Shown in pieces: positions 21,301 to 31,174 of a DNA stretch of 64,000 nucleotides (position 1 is its first letter; each line of letters opens with the position of its first letter). A program made the translations under genes and the position numbers. Source of the stretch: an uncultured Verrucomicrobiae bacterium (GTDB lineage Bacteria; Verrucomicrobiota; Verrucomicrobiia; Limisphaerales; JAFGQR01); the NCBI GenBank assembly GCA_963788655.1, contig CAWBHS010000062.1, positions 1 through 64,000 on the forward strand, given 5' to 3'. The notes under the pieces are model-generated. The model worked only from the letters and a program-made list of their open reading frames with translations, was not told the DNA's origin and searched no databases.

Positions 21301-23292
21301 CTAATCGGCCTTCGTCAATTTCACGAAGCGCAGGTTGATGGCCTTCCAGGTCCGGGAATCTTTGGAGCGCATTGTGACGATCAGTTCGCCGGGTTGCTTG
21401 ATTTCCACAGGACCAAGCTGCACCACTTGGAATTTGTCCCAGGAACCTGTTTGCGCGGCTTTGCCCGGGAGCTGTTGTCCGCCGATTTCCACCACAAATT
21501 CTGACGCGGGCTGAACCGCCGCGCAACTGGCACTGACGTTGAACGTACCGGCTTGGGGAATTTGCACCTTCCACGAAACCCATTCGTCGGCACGGTCCCA
21601 GAAACCGATGTTCGGCTGGCCACCTTGCGCCTCCTGTTTGATCTGGTCGCCGTGCAATTCAGCGTCGGCCGCGAGGAGGTTGAGATTGCCCCGCGCATCC
21701 GGGCGAACGGGCTCGATGATTTGCACGATCGGCACTGCCTGGAGGTCGGTGCCGGTGATTCTCAACGCGGCAGTGTACTCCGACACTTTTTGGTCGGGTA
21801 GCGTTACGACCAAGCCATTGGTGCTTTGGGCGAACGCGAGCTTGCCCTCGTGGCCGAGGAGTTCCACCTGTTGAATCTGGTTGATGCTTTCGCCGTCGGG
21901 CCGGGCGAGGGACCGGACAGTCAGTTGGCCGTCCTCGGGCCAGCCGAGCGCAATGGCGTAAAGGGTCTTGCCTTTGGTCGTGAACCGAATGTCTTTGGCG
22001 GTGTAGGCATAGTTCTCATTGAAATGGCCGCCCTTTGTCTTGACCGCCGCCTTCGCCATAAACCTGCCAGGGACGCGTGCCGTAAATCGCCTCGCCATGA
22101 ATGGCAATCCAATCGGCCATCTGCTCCAGATCCTGCTCGACTTCGGGATCGATTGAACCGTCGGGACGCTGGACAATGTTCAGCAGGAGATTGCCGTTCT
22201 TGCTGACGATATCGACGAGCATGTGGATGGTCCAACTGACTGGACGGAACTTCCAGTTCTGGTTGTAAAACCAGTCGCCGATGGACGTGTCAGTCTGCCA
22301 CGGATCCGGATTGATCTTCGGCATCACCCCGCGTTCGAGATCCTCGACCCAGCGACCTTCGGATTTCTGTTTGCACGTGTACACCACCTCCAGTTGCCCG
22401 CCGTGACGGGCGGCGTTGGCGTTGTAAAGATGGGCAATCAGGCTCCGCCCCACCTCGTTGCCGAAGGGCACGCCGCCGTCGGTGTAGAGCAGGTCGGGAT
22501 GGTAGCATGTCCACGAGTTCCTTGATTTCGTTGAACCACTGTTGTTGCCAGCGCGGGTTTTTGCTGTACCAACCGGTGTCGCCGGGTTCGGCGGGAAAGT
22601 GGTACAGATCCCAATACTTCGGATTCGCGCCGTCGTACGGCACGCCGGCCAGCGGACCAGTCTTGTCCGAACCATGACTGGGTTGGAACCAGGTGAAGCT
22701 GGCGCCCAAATGCTCCGAGACGCCGAAGCGCAGACCGTATTTTTGCGCCGCTTTCTGCCAGTCACCGACCACGTCGCGTTTCGGGCCCATGTTGACGGCG
22801 TTCCACTTGTGCAACTTCGAATTCCAGAGGAAGAAATTGTCGTGGTGCGAGCCCATGCTGACGAAGTATTTGGCGCCGGCACGTTTGTAGAGTCGCCATC
22901 AAACGGTCGGGATCCCATTTCTCCGCCTTCCACAACGGAATGATATCCTTGTAGCCATTCGTGGACGGGTGGCCGTAGCGTTCCAGGTGATCCTGGTATT
23001 GCCGGTTTCCCTGAACGTAAATGTGCTTGGCATACCAATCGCCTTCCATCGGCACCGCCTGCGGTCCCCAATGCGCCCAGATGCCAAACTTGGCGTCGCG
23101 GAACCAATCCGGGCACTGGTAGTTCTTCAACGATTCCATTGTCGGCTGGAACGGCCCGGCGGCAACGGGCAGATCGAGTTTGGCCGCAGGCTTGGCGTCC
23201 TGGGCCGGTGCGGACGCGGGTAACAACCAAGCGCCGACGGCGGACAGGGATAACACGGTGAGAATGGTTCGAATCTTCAAAGTCGTTTTCAT
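21301..23292 (-). CDS. Alpha-L-fucosidase (GH29) with C-terminal carbohydrate-binding-like module, several frameshifts
   Basis: PDWFRDAKFGIWAHWGPQAVP, HHDNFFLWNS, PDLLYTDG, VSKNGNLLLNI, GEAIYGTRPW. Confidence 0.9.
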
Positions 23293-23823
23293 AGTTATGT
23301 CTCGCCCCGGTTCAATGCGGTAGCGTTGTTTGCTGGACACGGGCAAGAGACTACGGAAACGGGAGAAAACTTTCGATGCCAAATTTCTCCAAAACAGCGG
23401 ACAACGATCGACAGCGGGGGGCTGCACACATTGGAAGGAAGTCGGCTAAGCCGCGGCAGCGTTTGCGTCCGGCTGGAAAGTCTTCAAGGGCGACAATGCC
23501 GAATGGTTCCTCCACAAAACCAACGGCGCCCGCAAAGCCTATCGCCGCCTCTGGCGCAAGACCCACGTCGATCCCCTCATCGGCCAACGCCGCCAGCGCC
23601 GTCGTATGGCCAGCCACCTGGCCCGCACCCTGCCCCTTTACCAATGGTCCAACCCTGCCACGCGCGACCTGATGACCAACTTCACCACCGGCCTGATCGG
23701 CGAAAGGACCATCCCCAGCGCCGTCGCCCGCGACAACCACTACAACGACTGCGAACTCATGCTTGCCGTCGCCGCCGTCATCTGCGGCCTCATCGCCGAC
23801 ACCCGCACCAATGCTTGACTGGT

Positions 23824-23907
23824 GGAACGATCAGGGTGAGCGACCGCCGCCGACAGTAAGGGTGAAAAGCACAAGGCGCTCTCGAATCGCGGCCCAGCAT
23901 TGAACGA
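23824..23907 (-). other. Degenerate half attC-like site (distal end of array 2)
   Basis: GGTGAGCGACCGCCGCCGAC (23835-23854) is identical to 25686-25705, and GCCCAGC(A/G)TTGAACG follows at nearly the same spacing; the R''-side arm is missing. Confidence 0.6.
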
Positions 23908-23917
23908 CAACTTCATA

Positions 23918-24202
23918 TCAACGATACTCCAAACAGGTGGAGAGGAGCACAACGATGGCAAGTGACGAGCAAACGACACTCCATAAAATCAGCTTGGGAA
24001 TCCTCTCCTTTGCGCGACGGCATCGGACAATCACGATGCCGCCAAATAAAACATTCAGCGTAACCAATGGTAAAGCAACAAGAACCTCCTCAATGTCCAA
24101 ACTCGGAACAGTCTTCATACCGCCAGCCAGGAATACTAAGCCTGCTAGCGGCACACCAAGAACAGCGCAAATGATAGTGAGCACTGACAGTATCTTTTTC
24201 AC
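23918..24202 (-). CDS. Integron gene cassette, small membrane protein
   Basis: Three hydrophobic segments; GTG start 13 nt after R' GTTGGGC; lower GC. Confidence 0.7.
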   Translation of the reverse strand: MKKILSVLTIICAVLGVPLAGLVFLAGGMKTVPSLDIEEVLVALPLVTLNVLFGGIVIVRCRRAKERIPKLILWSVVCSSLAIVVLLSTCLEYR

Positions 24203-24215
24203 AGCGTGCGCAGTC

Positions 24216-25235
24216 GCCCAACGATGAGGTCAGCGACGGGAGCCAGCCGTCAATGACGTTCGATTTGTCTCTGCGCTAATCGGCTCTCCCGTTCGCTGCC
24301 GGGTAGGAGCCGGGGTTGCCCCCGGCGCCCCCCACAGACCCGTACGTGAACAATTCGCTCATACGGTTCGTCAGTACCCGCCTTGCCGCGGGCGACCCGA
24401 GCGGTGCCCCGCTCAAGCGCATGACACGTTGCTGCCCGTTGTGCAATCCAAGCGAGTTTCGTTGATCCAGATGTTGAGCTCGATGTCTCGTCTGGCCTTC
24501 CCTCGCCCAGTGGTCATGCCCGGCATTGCCTTCCCGCCGCCTCTCGGCCTGTATCGTGGGTCCCTTGGGCCTCAGTTCCCCACGCCTCCGATCCTGCGGC
24601 CTTACGGCCTCGGAATCCGCGGGTACTATGCGTTGCTACGACTACCTTCGTCCCTCCCGGCGGGTTCGCTTGCGGCTCCCTTCCGGTACCTTGGGTTGAG
24701 ACGTGGTCTTTTGTGTCCCGCCCAGCTCGCGCCAGGTTCGGCTCGTGGGCCGTCCGCCTCCAGCGGCCAACGCCAGGGTGGTGATGGTGCCGGTCACCCT
24801 GCTTCCGGCGGTTCTCCCCAAGGAGACGGGAGGTCCTCCCGAGTTCCCGGATTACCCCTTTAAGCATACGCCCCGATCTCAGATCCCGGATGGGTTCCAG
24901 TCCGCTCGCCTTAACGCGGACAGGACTGCTGCCTTCCAGTGGATGCAACTGTCGGCTTTGGGTCCGGTTGCCCGAACTTATCCCTGGTCCACCACTATAC
25001 ATTTTTCGGGATTCAATTCCGCGGCCTGCGCCCTCGCTTCCCCTCTGCTTCGCACACCACCTCTCGGTGATCGCACTTCGGTTCCGCTATCGACCCGGTG
25101 GCTAGCCTTTGGTCGAGTGGGATTGGTCAGCACCGCTGACGCACCCACTGGGTAATATTGACGAATTTCAAGGGGCGTCACCCCTCTTCCAACGTCCCGT
25201 GCTTGTCTCGGCACAAGCATCCGGTTTGGTTAGGC
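24216..25235 (-). other. attC-like site split by a group II intron (halves 25217-25235 and 24216-24297)
   Basis: Removing the intron gives GCCTAAC-CAAACCGGATGC|AGCGAACGGGAG ... CTCCCGTCGCTGACCTCATC-GTTGGGC (101 bp). Confidence 0.8.
24298..25216 (-). ncRNA. Group II intron, RT ORF almost entirely deleted (919 nt)
   Basis: 5' TTGTGCC; internal GGAACTCGGGAGGACC and CATAGTACC..GGGAAC..GACCC..GGGAAGG motifs; DV GAACCGTATGAGCGAATTGTTCACGTACGGGTC; DVI ...GCAACCCCGGCTCCTACCCGGC with candidate branch A at -7. Confidence 0.87.
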
Positions 25236-25459
25236 TCTTGTTTTATCAGTCTTAACTGCCGCAAGTAGTCCTTTGATGCTCCAAAGGCCAGTGCGCTATT
25301 TCTGGCCTGGGATTATTGTGCGCAACGCCGTATTCCTGATGACCAACTTGGCGCACGGTTTTCGCCGGTTGGCGCCACCGTATTAAAGATGGCTGAAATC
25401 ACGAGCTTCCGAACCGGCCGCATCTTGCCGAATGGCGGCCTCGACGGTAGCCTTAAGCC

Positions 25460-25690
25460 ATGTCTGGAATCGCGGAAATCCAAAAGGCGGTACTCGCCTT
25501 GCCGGTGGCACAGCGTGTCATGTTAACCGAGTCGTTGTTGGATTCCTTACCTCCGCTCGCGGAGGAGTGTTCGGAGGCCGATAAACTGGCCGAAGCAGAA
25601 CGGCGTGATCACGAGATCGAGAGTGGCGCCGTAAAGCCGCTAACCGAAGCGGAATTTTGGCGGTGCGTCGATGGGGACCGGAAACGGTGA
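25460..25690 (+). CDS. Putative addiction-module antitoxin component (TIGR02574-like)
   Basis: ALPVAQRVMLTESLLDSL..AEAERRDHEIESGAVKPL; no toxin gene follows. Confidence 0.8.
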   Translation: MSGIAEIQKAVLALPVAQRVMLTESLLDSLPPLAEECSEADKLAEAERRDHEIESGAVKPLTEAEFWRCVDGDRKR

Positions 25691-25797
25691 GCGACCGCCG
25701 CCGACTGGGACGGTGGACTCACGAGGCTTTCCCAAACTGCTGCCCAGCGTTGAACGGAGAAGCGGGGCGGCGGTTCATCTCCACCAACTTGTTGAAC
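25683..25797 (-). other. attC-like site (array 2), R' degenerate
   Basis: Minus strand: GTTCAAC-AAGTTGGTGGAGATGAACCGCCGCCCCGC ... CGGCGGCGGTCGCTCACC; same family as 15119-15240. Confidence 0.72.
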
Positions 25798-25892
25798 AAA
25801 GCCGCTGCGCGGCGAAGGTGGTCGGACGCGGTTGAGCTTGGCGGCAAATTATCGGTCAGCGACATGGCTGGAATCTATCATGCTGGCGGGGC

Positions 25893-26903
25893 ATGAAAAC
25901 TAAAAAACATGCCGCGAATGGCAACCCCACCAAAACCAACCTCAACCCCAACCTCCCCGCCATCCGCACGACCGGGCGCGAGTATGTCAACCCGGTCGAT
26001 TACCAGCATCCCTACCCGTGCCTGGCCCGCTTCGCCGACGTGCTGGCCCTGCGCTATGACGCCAATCGCCCCCGGCCCGCCTATTACCGGCAGGTGCGCC
26101 TGATCCACGAGCATTTCGGCGCCGACCCCAGCATGCTCACCGAGGACCAACTGCGCGACTATTTCCTGATGGTCAAGCTCCAGAAGCACTGGCAGCCCAA
26201 GTCCATCCGCCAGGCCCTGGCCGCGGCGCGCCTGTTCTTTGTCGAGCACCTGGCGCATCCCGACTGGCAGGTCTTTGCCCGGATCCGCGCCAAGGATCAT
26301 GACCGCTTGCCCGCGGTGCTCACCCGCCCGCAAGTCCACGATCTGCTGACCTTCATCCGCCTGCGCCGCTATCGCACGCCCATCAAACTCATCTATGTCT
26401 GCGGCTTGCGCTTGAGCGAATGTCTGGGCCTGACGATTCACGCTGTTCACGGCCGGGAAAACAAGTTGCGGATTCGCCGCGGCAAGGGCCAGCGGGATCG
26501 GATGCTGCCGTTGCCCACGTCCCTCTATCAGGAGCTGCGGGCCTATTGGGCGTTCCACCGCCATCCCCTGTTGCTCTTTCCCAATGTCGGCCGCGGGGCG
26601 CACACGCCCCAGGCGCTGGCCGCGCGCATGCACGCCGCCACCGGTCCCATGCCGCCCTCCTCGTTGCCGCGGCTATTGATTCTGGCCCGCAAGCAATTGA
26701 ACATCCCCGCCGCCTCGCTGCATTCCTTCCGCCATAGTTTTGCCACCCACTGGCTCGAGGCGGGCGCCCACCGGCCCACCATTCAACGGTTGCTGGGGCA
26801 CAAGCAGATCACCTCGACGATGATCTACCTGCACTTGACCCACCAGAGCGCCCAGGACGCCTGGCAGCTCATGGCCGCGCTGGGCCGCGGGCTGCCGCGG
26901 TAG
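25893..26903 (+). CDS. Tyrosine recombinase (phage integrase family)
   Basis: LPAVLT, CGLRLSE (R), GKGQRDR (K), HSFRH (HxxR), LLGH..STMIY (H, Y); no IntI-specific insertion evident. Confidence 0.93.
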   Translation: MKTKKHAANGNPTKTNLNPNLPAIRTTGREYVNPVDYQHPYPCLARFADVLALRYDANRPRPAYYRQVRLIHEHFGADPSMLTEDQLRDYFLMVKLQKHWQPKSIRQALAAARLFFVEHLAHPDWQVFARIRAKDHDRLPAVLTRPQVHDLLTFIRLRRYRTPIKLIYVCGLRLSECLGLTIHAVHGRENKLRIRRGKGQRDRMLPLPTSLYQELRAYWAFHRHPLLLFPNVGRGAHTPQALAARMHAATGPMPPSSLPRLLILARKQLNIPAASLHSFRHSFATHWLEAGAHRPTIQRLLGHKQITSTMIYLHLTHQSAQDAWQLMAALGRGLPR

Positions 26904-26928
26904 GTCGGCTACCTCCGCGTCCGCTCGC

Positions 26929-28074
26929 GTGAGCGCCACCGTCATCGGGGCGCGGCGTCGGTTCCTGCCCGCGTTCCTGGAAACCCATCCGCCGCTGGCG
27001 GAGGAACAACGCCGCGCCCTCTGGGCCTTCACCCATTGCCGCACGCCGGCCTTGGGCGGGCAGGCTTTTGCCTGCGCAGACAAAGCCTGCGGCCGCGTTC
27101 ACTTCGCCTGGCATTCCTGCAACCACAAAGCCTGTCCGCAGTGTGGCCGCCAAGCCACCGCCCGAGGGGTCCAGCGCGAATTGGCCCAGCTCGTGCGCGC
27201 TCCCTACTTCCTGGGCACCTGCACGCTCCCGGCCGAACTGCGCGGGCAGTTCTTCGGGCCCCACGCCCGCCAGGCTTACGACCTCTTCTTCCACGCCGTC
27301 TCCGGCGCCTTGCGGGAAAAGTTGGCCGCCGACAAAAACCTGGGCGCCCACCGCAGCGGCTTCACCGCCGTCTTGCATACCTGGACCCAGCGCCTGGAGT
27401 TTCATCCGCACCTCCACTGCCTGGTGCCCGGCGCGGGGCTGGATGCCGGCGGCCACTTCGTCCGCGGCAAGAACGAGGATCGCCTGGTGTTCCTGGGGCA
27501 TTTGAAAGCCGCCTTCCGTCAGCACTGCTACCGGCGCTTCAAGGAAAACAACTGGCCCGTCGATCCGGCCGTCTGGTCCACGGAGTGGAATGTCCAAATC
27601 CAACCGGTCGGCGCGGGGGTTCCCGCCGTGAAATACCTCGGCACCTATGTGGCGCGCACGGCCATCCGCGACGAACGCATCGTGGCGGTCGGGGACCAGA
27701 CGGTGACCTTCCGGTGGAAGGATCGCGATCACGATCGCCTCGCACAGTTGACGTTGCCGGGCATCGAGTTCGTGCGCCGCTACCTGCGGCACGTCCTGCC
27801 GCGAGGCCTGCGCTCGGTCCGCTATTACGGGTTCTGTCATCCCACCGCCAAGGCCCAGCGTCTGCGCGTGCAGTGCCACAGTGGCTTGCCGGTGCAATTG
27901 GGCGATCCCACGGTGGCCCCTTCCTCCCGTTCCACTCCGCCCTGTCCCGGTGGCGGCGGGCCGACGCGCTTCCTCGCGTCGGTTGGCCGATGGGCACGGA
28001 AGCGCGGGCCCCCGCGGCAACCGCCACGCCACCCGATCCCACCGCGGTCGAGCGCCGCTGCCATCGCCGCATGA
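26929..28074 (+). CDS. IS91-family rolling-circle (HUH/Y2) transposase with N-terminal Zn-binding domain
   Basis: HCRTPALGG..HSCNHKACPQC, LHTW..FHPHLHC (HUH), YLGTY (YxxxY), RHVLPRG..VRYYGF. Confidence 0.92.
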   Translation: MSATVIGARRRFLPAFLETHPPLAEEQRRALWAFTHCRTPALGGQAFACADKACGRVHFAWHSCNHKACPQCGRQATARGVQRELAQLVRAPYFLGTCTLPAELRGQFFGPHARQAYDLFFHAVSGALREKLAADKNLGAHRSGFTAVLHTWTQRLEFHPHLHCLVPGAGLDAGGHFVRGKNEDRLVFLGHLKAAFRQHCYRRFKENNWPVDPAVWSTEWNVQIQPVGAGVPAVKYLGTYVARTAIRDERIVAVGDQTVTFRWKDRDHDRLAQLTLPGIEFVRRYLRHVLPRGLRSVRYYGFCHPTAKAQRLRVQCHSGLPVQLGDPTVAPSSRSTPPCPGGGGPTRFLASVGRWARKRGPPRQPPRHPIPPRSSAAAIAA

Positions 28075-28350
28075 ATACCGCGCCTCAAAACAATCCGAGG
28101 TTCCGCGGGCGGGAAGCGCTTGCGGCGCGTGAGCCCCTCGGCGCTCGGAATCGGGGAAACCTCTCCTCCAAGCCACGTTTTCCGGCCTCCACCTCCAGTA
28201 AACCACGCGCACTTTACGTTCGGCCCGCTTCCCATCTCCTTTATGGTTCCCGGGCTCTCCTCAAAAGCGCCGCTCCGACCCATCGCGCTAGTCCTTCGGC
28301 TCAAATACAAGTGCCATAGGCTCTGGCGAACCGCCGCGTCGTTCGGGCTT

Positions 28351-28416
28351 GTTCAACCAGGGGTGTAGTTGCTGGCTCCGCTTCGCTCCGCAGCAATACA
28401 CCCTTTATTGTTCGGC
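28351..28416. other. attC-like site (array 2, proximal)
   Basis: GTTCAAC-CAG-GGGTGTAGTTGCTG ... CAGCAATACACCC-TTTATT-GTTCGGC; 66 bp with one bulged base; top/bottom strand assignment is ambiguous. Confidence 0.75.
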
Positions 28417-28426
28417 AATGAATGCG

Positions 28427-28717
28427 TCATGAAACCCAAAGTCCTTTCTTGTAGATTTCCCAACCCTTCTTTGTGCGCTTCAACCAGAGCGTCTGCCCCT
28501 TTCCTTCCAACCGTCCTGGTGTGACAACGCCAGTGCGAACCTCCACCTTATCTTTCGACTCTCTCTGAATGCTGAGAATCTTCTTGCCGGTCTCCTTCTT
28601 CACGACCGCCTCAATCGCAGATCGCTCCTTCTTCGTGATGGGTGGCTGCATTTCCGGCGGCTCACCCAAACAAACACAGGTGAACCCGAGAAGCAAAATG
28701 ATCGTGAGTACTCGCAT
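28427..28717 (-). CDS. First gene cassette of array 2, small basic secreted protein
   Basis: Signal-peptide-like start; flanked on the minus strand by GTTCGGC (28732-28738) upstream and complementary GCCGAAC (28410-28416) downstream. Confidence 0.75.
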   Translation of the reverse strand: MRVLTIILLLGFTCVCLGEPPEMQPPITKKERSAIEAVVKKETGKKILSIQRESKDKVEVRTGVVTPGRLEGKGQTLWLKRTKKGWEIYKKGLWVS

Positions 28718-28731
28718 CGCGTCAGATTGTT

Positions 28732-28959
28732 GCCGAACAATTATTCAACGAACCATCCGTTCGTATATTGAAACAGCAAAACTCCACGGGTAATCCAATT
28801 CATATCAACAGATTAAGTCAAATGGCAGTTCATGGTCAACACTTGGAATTCCTCCACCGCCTCCCTCGCCCGGCTCAGATCGCTTTCAATTGCCAACGGT
28901 TCGTAGATTGGGGCAGGTAATTTCAGGGCACATCACGTTTATTAAGCGAGGCTTGCGTC
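28732..28959 (-). promoter_or_regulatory. Candidate attI / promoter region
   Basis: GTTCGGC core with no attC palindrome on its upstream side; AT-rich non-coding stretch between the first cassette and the divergent intI remnant. Confidence 0.5.
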
Positions 28960-29190
28960 ATGCAGCGCCTCTCGGTCAATCCCGAAAAGACCTACGTCCA
29001 TTTGGCGCACGGATATGGCCTGTTTTTGCGGCAACCCAAACCGATGGCCGACCAGCCTGAGCCGAAATTGAGTCATTTCTGTCACCCTTGGCCGCGCCAA
29101 GCGCTTCGGCTTTAACCCAGAATCAGGCGTTTGACGCCCTCCTGCTGTTTTGTCGTGACGGCCTCAAAATAGAGTTCGGCGAACTCATGA
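28960..29190 (+). pseudogene. intI: Integron-integrase-like N-terminal remnant (not in ORF track)
   Basis: MQRLSVNPEKTYVH..YGLFL, frameshift, then EIESFLSPLA..SALTQNQAFDALLLFCRDGL; catalytic domain absent. Confidence 0.68.
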
Positions 29191-29598
29191 TTACCGTCGT
29201 CGTCATCTGCCGCCAGAGCACCGACACCCGCTCCAACACTTGACGCATCCCCTTGGCCATTTGCCATCGACCCCCGACATTCCCCCTTCAGTTCAGCCCG
29301 ATAGCGCAGAGTTGCACTCTGCTGGCCGCGACGTCAATCCCCTCTGGTTCCGAAGTTGCCGACGGCTTGCCGAATACAATTCGGCGATACAGCAGATTGA
29401 AAATCTGCGCTACGCAAAAGGCCAGTCCATCCTACCGTCTCATCAGAAACAGCGAACCAGGTTGAAGCACTGACCCCAATGATGTGAACGCCAAGGGAAA
29501 CAAAGCGGGGGGATCATGATGGATGCGAGAGCAGGCAATCCGGACTGGTCCCGCGTGACAGGTCATAAGAAATCAAGCAGACTTCGAGTCAGACCGAC

Positions 29599-30994
29599 AT
29601 GAACACGAAAGATTTAATCCAGTTGGGTGTACCACCGGGAGAACCGACGCGGCGGGGGATCGATTTCATTGCCCGCTATGTCCTCAAGGGACTCGACCGG
29701 GCAAAGCTGGCTGAAGAGGTCGAAGCCGTGGTGCAGCATCCCGAAGCGTTTGTTGAGGACGACCTGCGCGGTGAATTCGCAAAGGCGTTGCTCCGTGGCG
29801 AGCGCACGATCCCGCAGTCGCCGGCCGCCTGGCGGCAATGGGGCGAAGGACTGGATCCCGAAGCCATCAACCAGATGGGCCGCGCGTGCCAATTGCCCGT
29901 GGCCGTAGCGGGCGCGTTGATGCCCGACGCGCACGTGGGTTATGGTCTGCCGATTGGCGGCGTGCTCGCGACGGACCATGCGGTGATTCCGTATGCGGTG
30001 GGAGTCGATATTGCGTGTCGCATGAAGCTCACGGTGCTGGACCTGCCGCTGCGCGATCTGGAACGTCACCGCGAGCGACTCATCAAAGCCATTGAAACTG
30101 AAACGCGCTTTGGAATCGGGGCCATGTTCAAGCAACGCCGCGAACACGAAGTGCTGGAGGCGGATTGGTCGGTAAGCCCGGTGACCAGGCAGCACAAGGA
30201 TCGGGCTTGGGCGCAACTTGGCACCAGCGGCAGCGGCAATCACTTCGTCGAGTTTGGCGTGTTCACCAACGAGCATCCCATCGAAGGATTGCCCGCCGGT
30301 GAATACGTGGCGTTGTTGAGCCACAGCGGCAGCCGGGGCACGGGGGCGGCGGTGTGCAATCACTACAGCAAGCTGGCCATGGCGCAACACCTCGATCTGG
30401 CCCGGGAGCACAAGCACCTGGCGTGGTTGTCGCTCGATTCGGCGGATGGTCAGGAATACTGGGCGGCGATGGAATTGATGGGGCGTTACGCCGCGGCGAA
30501 CCATTCGCTCATCCACCGGCACCTGGCCCAACACCTTCGGCTTGGACGTGCTGCTGGACGTGGAAAACCACCACAACTTCGCGTGGAAAGAACGGCACGT
30601 CATTGATGGCGTCGAGCGCGACGTGGTGGTGCATCGCAAGGGCGCCACACCGGCAGGCGCGGGGGTGCTTGGCATCATTCCCGGCTCGATGGCATCACCG
30701 GGATTTCTTGTTCGCGGCAAAGGCGACCCGGCTTCGTTGAAATCGGCGTCGCACGGGGCGGGTCGCGTGATGAGCCGCACGAAGGCCATGGCGACGTTCG
30801 CTTGGGACAAGGTGAACCGGTTGTTGAAGGAGCGGGGTGTGAAACTCATCTCGGCGGGGCTCGACGAAGTGCCGGGAGTGTATAAGGACATTCACCAGGT
30901 CATGGCCGCGCAAGCCGACCTGGTGGAGGTGCTCGGCCGGTTTGATCCGAAGTTGGTCAAGATGGCGTCCCACGGCGAAAGACCGGAAGACTGA
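29599..30994 (+). CDS. rtcB: RtcB family RNA ligase, frameshift near 30540
   Basis: MPDAHVGYGLPIGGV, VGVDIAC, LGTSGSGNHFVE, HSGSRG, NHHNFA, HRKGATPA, IPGSM, SHGAGR, DEVP..YKDI. Confidence 0.93.
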
Positions 30995-31174
30995 CCAAAG
31001 CAGAGTTCGATGCTCGGTGGCCGGTTGCAGGGATAACGAGGCCCTCGGTCTTTATCCGTCCGATAAATCTGCTTTTTCAGGCGCTTGGCGCTTGAGGGAC
31101 GTCCGGTCATTGCGCCAGTATTGTGCGGACTTGCGATTTCGACTAATGTTTGGTCTTGTTGGAGTGGTTAAACG

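Larger units (their letters stand above)
25791..28357 (+). mobile_element. IS91-like element: tyrosine recombinase + Y2 transposase, bounded by outward-facing GTTCAAC boxes
   Basis: Two-gene unit. Left end GTTGAACAAAGCCGCTGCGCGGCG; right end reverse complement GTTGAACAAGCCCGAACGACGCGGCG; each end abuts an attC-like palindrome. Confidence 0.8.

Noticed and set aside
23498..23818. Coding-like fragment (AEWFLHKTNG...ADTRTNA) at the distal edge of array 2
   Set aside because: Looks like a gene 3' end but has no clear start or recognisable family.
24429..25220. ORFs of 70-160 aa overlapping the intron
   Set aside because: No RT or other motifs; they are chance frames across structured RNA.
25893..26903. 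Functional integron integrase, or prophage integrase
   Set aside because: No IntI-specific insertion or STQNQA motif; it is paired with an IS91-type transposase, and no phage genes are nearby.
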